The translations under genes and the position numbers were made by a program. From Gemmatimonadales bacterium (GTDB lineage: Bacteria; Gemmatimonadota; Gemmatimonadetes; Gemmatimonadales; GWC2-71-9), in contig JBKJZM010000259.1 in NCBI GenBank assembly GCA_046715295.1, positions 1-36,361 of the forward strand: a stretch of DNA of 36,361 nt, written 5' to 3'. Below are positions 27,581 through 33,956 of this stretch, piece by piece. The notes beneath the pieces are model-generated. The model worked only from the letters and a program-made list of their open reading frames with translations. It was not told the origin of the DNA and did not search any database. Position 1 is the stretch's first letter. Each line of letters begins with the position of its first letter.

Positions 27581-28984
27581 TTAGTACGAAGTCTGGAATC
27601 GGGTGATCACGGCGTTCTCGGGCTCCCGGTCGCCCGTCGCAGCGCCGCCGATGAATGTCGTGTGCTCATAGTTCACTGCGACCTTCACTGCACGGGTGAA
27701 GTGCCAGTTTACCCCCACACCCCATGCCTTGGCTTTCTGAACGCTGGCTGCAGTGGTGGCGTACACCGGGAAGGCCGCCGGATCCAGGTGGAGCTCGCCA
27801 TAGCGGCTGACCAGCTCCAGCGCACCGAGGCCACCCTCCTTGAGATCGAACGGCCTCCTGGGTGCCGGGCTCCGGAACCCCGCCTTCTCGCCGGTGAGAA
27901 AGAACGACCCCTCCGCCTGCCAGGCGGTGTGCTCCAGCTCCGCGGTAACACCGGCGCGGGTAACCTCACTACGGGAGAGGACGTACTCGCCCAGCAGACC
28001 GAGCGGTCCGGTGTAGAAGTAGCCCTGGGGAGAGAGTCGAGTCCGCTGTCCGTTGGCGAACACGTTGTTGGCCGGAGTAGTGGCGCTGCTGTTGTAGCGG
28101 AAGAGGGTCTGCTGACCCGGCGTTCGGTACGATGGGAGTCCGGGCGCAGCGGTTGACCCTCGCTCGAACCCGGTGCTCCCGGCCACGCCGACGCCAAGCC
28201 CCCGGAGGGACCCTACTTTGAACGGCTGAACGAAAAACCGGGCCGCGAAGTCCTTCGCGTTGCTCAGGTCATCGCCCCCGTTGGCGAGATCAGGAACGCC
28301 GTTGAAGACACCCACCTGGTAGGCAAGCAGGCCCTCGGCGATGTCGCCGGCCACCTGGAGGCCGACATCCCGGCTCGGCACCAGGTTGCTGGGCAGTCCG
28401 CGTTCAGCGAAAGCGATGTCGGTAGCTGATTGGAGCCTTTCGAGGCCGATCGGCGGCTTGAACTTGCCGGCGCGGACAGTGAACTGAGGGGCAAACTTTC
28501 CGTCCCAATAGGCGTCGAAGATGGTAGGAGACGCGCCCCCGAAGTCAGGCATGAGCCGAAAATCGAAGTACCGGCCGACGGTAGCTTCAATGATCGGGCG
28601 GGCTCGGCGGATCAGAAGGTTGTCTATGCCCACGCTAGCATCCGTACTTGGGAAGAGGCGCCCGTCGCTCTGGAAGTAGCCGCGGAACCGCAGCGTGTAC
28701 TTGCCGTCGGCAGATTTGAGGCTGAACCCGTCCTTGGCGCTTGCGGTCGTGGTTACCCCGTCCTTTGCCGCCGCGGCCGCGCTATCCGCGGCCAGCTCAC
28801 CCAACCGCCTCAGGATTCGAAGCTGCTGGTCCAGCTCGTCCACCCGGGCAGCCAGGGATGGCGGGCTGTCACCGCGGGCGTGATCGGCCGAGCCTCCGTC
28901 CTGCTGCGCCCACAGCTGTTGGCCTGCTCCTACACTGACACTCCACAGCGTTAATCCGCTGATCCAGGACCGCAGGCCTTTCAT
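27581..28984 (-). CDS. Anion-selective porin of the OprO/OprP (Porin_O_P) family with an N-terminal coiled-coil
   Basis: ATG 28984 is preceded by AAGAGGAGAGG. The signal peptide is [29 protein letters not shown] heptad-like segment [14 protein letters not shown] follows. Beta-strand patterning ends in ..RFQTSY. The 46-codon upstream ORF extension is rejected. Confidence 0.7.
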   Translation of the reverse strand: MKGLRSWISGLTLWSVSVGAGQQLWAQQDGGSADHARGDSPPSLAARVDELDQQLRILRRLGELAADSAAAAAKDGVTTTASAKDGFSLKSADGKYTLRFRGYFQSDGRLFPSTDASVGIDNLLIRRARPIIEATVGRYFDFRLMPDFGGASPTIFDAYWDGKFAPQFTVRAGKFKPPIGLERLQSATDIAFAERGLPSNLVPSRDVGLQVAGDIAEGLLAYQVGVFNGVPDLANGGDDLSNAKDFAARFFVQPFKVGSLRGLGVGVAGSTGFERGSTAAPGLPSYRTPGQQTLFRYNSSATTPANNVFANGQRTRLSPQGYFYTGPLGLLGEYVLSRSEVTRAGVTAELEHTAWQAEGSFFLTGEKAGFRSPAPRRPFDLKEGGLGALELVSRYGELHLDPAAFPVYATTAASVQKAKAWGVGVNWHFTRAVKVAVNYEHTTFIGGAATGDREPENAVITRFQTSY

Positions 28985-29066
28985 TGCACCTCTCCTCTTG
29001 CTCGCGCGGTTTCCGTTGGTTCTGATGTCGAACCAGGCTGGTGGGCAGTCTGGGTCCAGCCCTACC

Positions 29067-29099
29067 CTATTTAGTCTATCTACCAGATAGAGTAAATAG
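29067..29099. promoter_or_regulatory. 33 bp AT-rich palindrome (candidate operator) upstream of the porin-sbp-cysTWA block
   Basis: The sequence is CTATTTAGTCTATCT-acc-AGATAGAGTAAATAG. The arms are 15 bp with one symmetric mismatch and a 3 bp spacer. It lies 83-115 nt upstream of the porin ATG and 35 nt downstream of the rrf2 stop, and it stands out in GC-rich DNA. Confidence 0.5.
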
Positions 29100-29114
29100 G
29101 CAAATGGCATGCCG
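29100..29114 (-). promoter_or_regulatory. Weak sigma-54-like -24/-12 element (cGGCATgccatTTGCc) abutting the palindrome
   Basis: The minus strand reads CGGCAT-N5-TTGC with correct GG-N10-GC spacing. A sigma-70-like TTGACG with an 18 nt spacer to TATTTA is an alternative reading of the same region. Confidence 0.25.
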
Positions 29115-29133
29115 CTCGTCAAGGGTCACGGTA

Positions 29134-29580
29134 TCAGGATCGAGTGACGGTGCGTGTTGCGAGGTCTACCTTGTGCCGGAGGCTCGCCAGGCTGGTGCCG
29201 TCCAGCACCTTCGCCGTGGCATCGCGAACCTCTTTCATCAGCAGATGCACACCGCAGACCTCCTCGCTCCGGCAGTCGGCGCAGGGCACGTAGGCCGTCT
29301 GGCTGGCGCAGGGAACCGGGGCGAGCGGCCCGTCGAACATGCGGACGATCTGACCGAGGTAGATGTCAGCCGGGTCGCGGGCAAGGCGATAACCCCCTCC
29401 CTTTCCCTTCCGGCTCTGCAGGATGCCCTGGTTCTTCAGCCCCAGGAGAATGAACTCGAGAAACTTGGCGGGAATCTGTTCGGCTCGCGCGATATCGGAA
29501 ATCCGGACCGGCTCGTCACCCTGGTGGTTGGCGAGTGCCAGAAGCGCCTTGATGGCGTATTTGGCCTTCTTGGAGAGCAT
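29134..29580 (-). CDS. Rrf2-family transcriptional regulator with a C-terminal four-cysteine cluster
   Basis: The N-terminal wHTH is MLSKKAKYAIKALLALA...ISDIARAEQIPAKFLEFILLGLKNQGILQSRKGKGGGYRLA. Cysteines are at 91, 100, 103 and 109. ATG 29580 lies 4 nt after the cysD stop. The 43-codon ORF extension is rejected. Confidence 0.85.
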   Translation of the reverse strand: MLSKKAKYAIKALLALANHQGDEPVRISDIARAEQIPAKFLEFILLGLKNQGILQSRKGKGGGYRLARDPADIYLGQIVRMFDGPLAPVPCASQTAYVPCADCRSEEVCGVHLLMKEVRDATAKVLDGTSLASLRHKVDLATRTVTRS

Positions 29581-29584
29581 GCCC

Positions 29585-30478
29585 TTACATGTACCCGTCG
29601 CGCCGGAGGGTCTCGAGCCCGCCGCCGCCGTCCTTGTCCTGCGCCCGGCCGGAGCGCTCGGCGATATTGGCGAACTTTCCTGACTGGAGCTCCATGATAA
29701 TATCGTCAACGTTCATGGCCTCGGAGTCGACCGACGCGGTGCAGGTATAGCAGCCAAGAGAGCGGTAGCGCTTACCGCTACCCTGATTGTAGTAGAGCGA
29801 CACGGTCGGGATCTCCTCCCGGCGGATGTACTCCCAGATGTTGAGCTCGGTCCAGTCGAGGAGCGGATGGATCCGAAGGTGGGTGCCGGGCGCGAATTCG
29901 GTCTTGAACTGATTCCAGAACTCGGGGGGCTGATCGCCGACGTCCCACTGCGACTCCGTGGTCCGGGGTGAAAAATACCGCTCCTTCGAACGGCTGCCCT
30001 CTTCGTCGGCGCGCACGCCAACGATGACACCGGTGAACGGCTCCGTATTCCGGTCGAGCTCGTACACCTTCTTCGTGTGGTTCAGCCGGTAGCGGGGCCA
30101 CTCACCGCTCAAGGTATGCTTGAGCGCGTCCGTCTTGAGTGCCTTACAGCAGGCGATCCGATCGATGGCTCCGTCGGGAAAGGTGCGCTTCTGCTCCAGC
30201 GCCTGGCGGTTCTGGCCGTAGATCATGGTCAGGTTCCACTCCAGCGCCAGCCGGTCCCGGTACTCGATCATCTCCGGGATCTTATAGGAGGTGTCGATGT
30301 GGATTAGGGGGATCGGCACGTGCCCAAAGAAGGCCTTGCGCGCCAGCCAGAGGAGCACCGTGCTGTCCTTCCCGATAGACCAGAGCATGCCCAGGTTCTT
30401 GAAGTTGGCATAGGCCTCCCTCAGAATGTGCACGCTTCGATTTTCCAGCTGGTCGAGATGATCCATGCCGCCTGCCAT
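29585..30478 (-). CDS. cysD: Sulfate adenylyltransferase subunit 2
   Basis: [16 protein letters not shown]...[20 protein letters not shown] (PP-loop SxGKDS) is present. The conserved C-terminus is ...[22 protein letters not shown] 30478 overlaps the cysC stop (ATGA). Confidence 0.9.
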   Translation of the reverse strand: MAGGMDHLDQLENRSVHILREAYANFKNLGMLWSIGKDSTVLLWLARKAFFGHVPIPLIHIDTSYKIPEMIEYRDRLALEWNLTMIYGQNRQALEQKRTFPDGAIDRIACCKALKTDALKHTLSGEWPRYRLNHTKKVYELDRNTEPFTGVIVGVRADEEGSRSKERYFSPRTTESQWDVGDQPPEFWNQFKTEFAPGTHLRIHPLLDWTELNIWEYIRREEIPTVSLYYNQGSGKRYRSLGCYTCTASVDSEAMNVDDIIMELQSGKFANIAERSGRAQDKDGGGGLETLRRDGYM

Positions 30479-31008
30479 CAGAGTTGGCCTCCAAACCGCG
30501 CGATTACCTTTGCGACGCACTGATCCACACTCAAGGTGCGGGTATCCAGGGTCAGCTCCGGGTTCTCGGGTGCCTCGTACGGGTCATCGATTCCGGTGAA
30601 GTTCACAATTTCGCCCCGCCGCGCGCGGGCATAGAGTCCCTTCGGATCCCGCCGTTCACACTCCGCGAGAGGGGTCGCGACATAGATCTCGACGAAGCGG
30701 TGGCACAGCGCCCGAATGAAGTCCCGAGATTCCCGGTAGGGCGACACGAATGATGCCACCACCGTGACCCCGTGCGCCGCCAGCCGGCTCGCCATGTAGC
30801 CGGTGCGGCGCAGGTGCTCCTCACGCTCGGCCCGGGTATAGCCCGTATTCGGGAACACGGACCGCAGCGCATCGCCATCGAGATACTCAACCTCAACGCC
30901 GCGGCGGACCAGCTCCTGGTGCACCTGCGTCGCGATGGTGCTCTTGCCTGAGCCCGACAAGCCAGTGAACCATAACACGACGGTTTCGTCCGGCTTACCG
31001 TGCGGCAT
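30478..31008 (-). CDS. cysC: Adenylylsulfate (APS) kinase, canonical active-site motifs
   Basis: The P-loop is [15 protein letters not shown]. The motifs [20 protein letters not shown] and [11 protein letters not shown] are all intact. Confidence 0.9.
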   Translation of the reverse strand: MPHGKPDETVVLWFTGLSGSGKSTIATQVHQELVRRGVEVEYLDGDALRSVFPNTGYTRAEREEHLRRTGYMASRLAAHGVTVVASFVSPYRESRDFIRALCHRFVEIYVATPLAECERRDPKGLYARARRGEIVNFTGIDDPYEAPENPELTLDTRTLSVDQCVAKVIARFGGQL

Positions 31009-31013
31009 GGACC

Positions 31014-31775
31014 TCAGTAGCCAATAACAAAGCTGGGGTTCCGAAGTTCCGGCTTATTGTAGGTGAGCGGTGACGATCGCTCCCCGTTGCGGCCGGACTG
31101 CCGGTAGATGCAGTCTCCGGCGGCGACATCCCACTCCATTGTCGGACCCAGCCGGGGGTAAATGTCGGCCCGTCCATCCGCGACCCAGCAGAACTTGAGG
31201 GAACTGCCGGCCTTCACCCGACGGGCGACCGGCAAGTTGCGCAAGTATTCCTCGAGCTCGGGCGCGGGGTGGGAGAGGCTTTCTACCACCGTCAGCGGCT
31301 CGCCGGGCCGAGGAGGGCTGGAGTAGATCCGCTCGGGCGTACCGCCCTTCTCCTGGCGCCATGATCCCATGCCCTTCACCGCCCAGTAGAGCAGATCGAG
31401 TGCCGGGGCAAGCACCACCCCCAGAACCGGTTCTCCATCCTCAATAAGGGCCACGTTCACGGTGAACTCCGCCCGGCGCTTGATGAACTCCTTGGTGCCG
31501 TCCAAAGGATCGACCAGCCAGAATCGGCGCCACATCCGTCGGCCCTCGAAGCCTGGCGCCTCTCCCTCTTCCGAGATGACTGGCGTGTCTGGCTCCAGCT
31601 CCAGGAGCCCCTCAACCAGGATGTCATGAGCCGCCTCATCGGCGAGCGTCACAGGGCTGGAATCTGCCTTCTGCCGCACTCCAGCCGGCACGGCCCCGTC
31701 GTAGTAGTCCATCGTGGCGCTGCCGGCTTCACGGGCCAGGCGCGTGACGGTCTCGAGAAGCTCCGCCGCTACCAT
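31014..31775 (-). CDS. cysQ: 3'(2'),5'-bisphosphate nucleotidase (PAP phosphatase)
   Basis: [44 protein letters not shown] and WDVAAG parallel E. coli CysQ. Confidence 0.85.
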   Translation of the reverse strand: MVAAELLETVTRLAREAGSATMDYYDGAVPAGVRQKADSSPVTLADEAAHDILVEGLLELEPDTPVISEEGEAPGFEGRRMWRRFWLVDPLDGTKEFIKRRAEFTVNVALIEDGEPVLGVVLAPALDLLYWAVKGMGSWRQEKGGTPERIYSSPPRPGEPLTVVESLSHPAPELEEYLRNLPVARRVKAGSSLKFCWVADGRADIYPRLGPTMEWDVAAGDCIYRQSGRNGERSSPLTYNKPELRNPSFVIGY

Positions 31776-33544
31776 GGCCGGAAGATGATGCCCTTGTCCT
31801 GAAGGTGGGCCTTGAGGCGATCAACCGACTCGGACACCGCTCCCCCGGGAAGCTGGAGGTCGCATGCGAGATCGGTGGTGATGGTGTCGCCGGCCCAGAC
31901 GGTCTCGATCGAGTCGGGGGGCACCGCAGTCTTGATTACTTCCAGATCGTCCTGGGTGAGCTCGGCCGCCGCCACTACCAGGATAATACCGGCATCAAGC
32001 ATGAGGTTCGCCACCTCGGCCAGCCGCCGCATGTGCTCCAGGCGATTCTCCTGCTTCCGTTCAATGTCGGCATCGACGCCGTACAGAACATTGCCGATGC
32101 CCATGAAATAAACGACCTTGCCGTCCTCGAACAGCTTTCCCTCCAGCGCCTTTGCGATGCCTTTGCGATCGGTCTCATGCTCCCCCGTGACCAGAATCAA
32201 CGCCGCCTTTTGGTTGTACTTCTCAGCCCGCCGTTCGGGCTGGATGAAGCTGGCCTCCCACTTGTAGTTTCGGAGAAGTACTCGATCGCGTACCGTGGTC
32301 TGGCGATCGGGCAGTGCTTCACGGACGATGCCGCCGCCGCGAATCTCGAAATCATCGACGATCACGAAGCGGCTGGTGGCGGCGACATCCTCGGCCAGAT
32401 CGCAGGCGATGGCGCGGTCCAGCTTCAATACGCATTCGGCCACATCGTGGCGCTTGATGACGTTTCGTTGCTCGGTGGGATCGAGGGTGGACGCATCCAT
32501 CACCCGAAGGATCTCTTCCACCCGGGCCGTCACACGGGCGGTTCCCAGCTTGAGCAGGTACTCCTTGCGGTTCACCATCGCTTCCTTGCCGAGCCAGAAG
32601 AGGCTGACCCTGAGGCGCGTGGTGACCTGAGGCCGAGGCTGGTTCTCCAGCGTGGCCATCTCCCCGCGCGGGATGTAGATCTGCTCCTGCAGCGTGAAGC
32701 CGACAGCGGCGCCTGCCTCTGCCCGGCCCTGCAGGGGCCGGTTGAAGGCCTCGATCGTCTTCACCCGGCTCTTTTTGCCGGACGGGTAGAAGATCACTGA
32801 ATCACCCACCGTAATGGCGCCGGAGTCGATCGTCCCGGCGACAATTCGCCGGTCGTCGCCCTGCTTGGTGAACTTGTACACGTCCTGGACCGGCATCCGA
32901 AAGGCACGTTCCGTAGGCGGGGGCTCACTCCGGAATGAGTCGAGCGCTTCGAGGACGGTGGGCCCTTGATACCACGGAAGGCTGGCCGAGCGATCGGCGA
33001 TGTTGTCGCCGCCGCGGGCAGACACGGGAATGAAGGAGGAGGGCCGGATACCCACCTGATCGAGGAAGGCTCCGTACTCGCGGACGATCCGGTCATAGAC
33101 CCCCCGGTCCCACCCGACCAGGTCCATCTTATTCACCACCACCGCGAGCTGGCGGATGCCGAGCAGGGAGACCATGTAGCCATGGCGGCGGGAATTCTCC
33201 TGCACCCCCTCCTGGGCGTCGATCACCAGCAGGGCCGCCTCAGCGCGCGCGGCCCCGGTGATCATGTTCTTCAGAAACTCGATATGGCCGGGCGCGTCCA
33301 GGATCAGGTAGTGCCGGAGCCGGCTCTTGAAGAACACCCGAGCGGCGTCGATGGTAATACCCTGAGCCTGCTCGTCCCTCAGGGCGTCCAGCAGAAAGGC
33401 GTACTCAAACGGCTTGGAATTGAGCTCACACTGGGTGCGGATCTGCTCGAGCTTTCCCACGGGTAGTGAGCCGGTGTCGGCCAGGAGCCGGCCGATGACG
33501 GTGCTCTTGCCGTGATCGACGTGGCCGACGATCACGATGTTCAT
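31769..33544 (-). CDS. cysN: Sulfate adenylyltransferase subunit 1 (GTPase) fused to a degenerate APS-kinase-like C-terminal domain
   Basis: The start is [21 protein letters not shown] (G1). DAPGH (G3) and NKMD (G4) are present. The C-terminal ~153 aa aligns to CysC, but the P-loop is [11 protein letters not shown] and LDGD is replaced by MGIG. ATG 33544 has an AGGAA RBS. The 71-codon ORF extension is rejected. Confidence 0.85.
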   Translation of the reverse strand: MNIVIVGHVDHGKSTVIGRLLADTGSLPVGKLEQIRTQCELNSKPFEYAFLLDALRDEQAQGITIDAARVFFKSRLRHYLILDAPGHIEFLKNMITGAARAEAALLVIDAQEGVQENSRRHGYMVSLLGIRQLAVVVNKMDLVGWDRGVYDRIVREYGAFLDQVGIRPSSFIPVSARGGDNIADRSASLPWYQGPTVLEALDSFRSEPPPTERAFRMPVQDVYKFTKQGDDRRIVAGTIDSGAITVGDSVIFYPSGKKSRVKTIEAFNRPLQGRAEAGAAVGFTLQEQIYIPRGEMATLENQPRPQVTTRLRVSLFWLGKEAMVNRKEYLLKLGTARVTARVEEILRVMDASTLDPTEQRNVIKRHDVAECVLKLDRAIACDLAEDVAATSRFVIVDDFEIRGGGIVREALPDRQTTVRDRVLLRNYKWEASFIQPERRAEKYNQKAALILVTGEHETDRKGIAKALEGKLFEDGKVVYFMGIGNVLYGVDADIERKQENRLEHMRRLAEVANLMLDAGIILVVAAAELTQDDLEVIKTAVPPDSIETVWAGDTITTDLACDLQLPGGAVSESVDRLKAHLQDKGIIFRPW

Positions 33545-33645
33545 CCGGAGCTGTTCCTGGCGGGTGGCCGGGGAACCTCTCGGCTGCAAAAGCTGCTCTG
33601 AAATACCGGTCAGACTAGCCTCCCTAGATTGCCGCGATGATGCTA

Positions 33646-33661
33646 TGCGAAAACGGTGCCG
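33646..33661 (-). promoter_or_regulatory. Candidate sigma-54 promoter (-24/-12) about 100 nt upstream of cysN
   Basis: The minus strand reads CGGCACCGTTTTCGCA, versus the consensus TGGCACG-N4-TTGCA. GGCAC and GCA are conserved and the GG-N10-GC spacing is correct. Confidence 0.35.
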
Positions 33662-33956
33662 GAGTCTACATGTGGTGCGTCTGAGCAGCAACAGCCCCCC
33701 TGCTACCGCTTCGGCAGCGGCATGAGTAACCTGCTGGAGGTGCAAACGCTCGGTCAAATCTCACGGAATCAGGGGGATCGGGCCGCTGGACCGGTCGCCA
33801 AAGGATGGCCTTTTTTATGCTCCCTGATCGGCGCTGGTTCTCGAGGCCGTCCTGAATCTCTTGAATATGCGATGTCCTGCATACTCAGTCGGCGCGGACC
33901 CACCCGTATCCTGGTTACCCGAACTGTAAGCCGGCCCAACTCACCTTAGGGGTATC

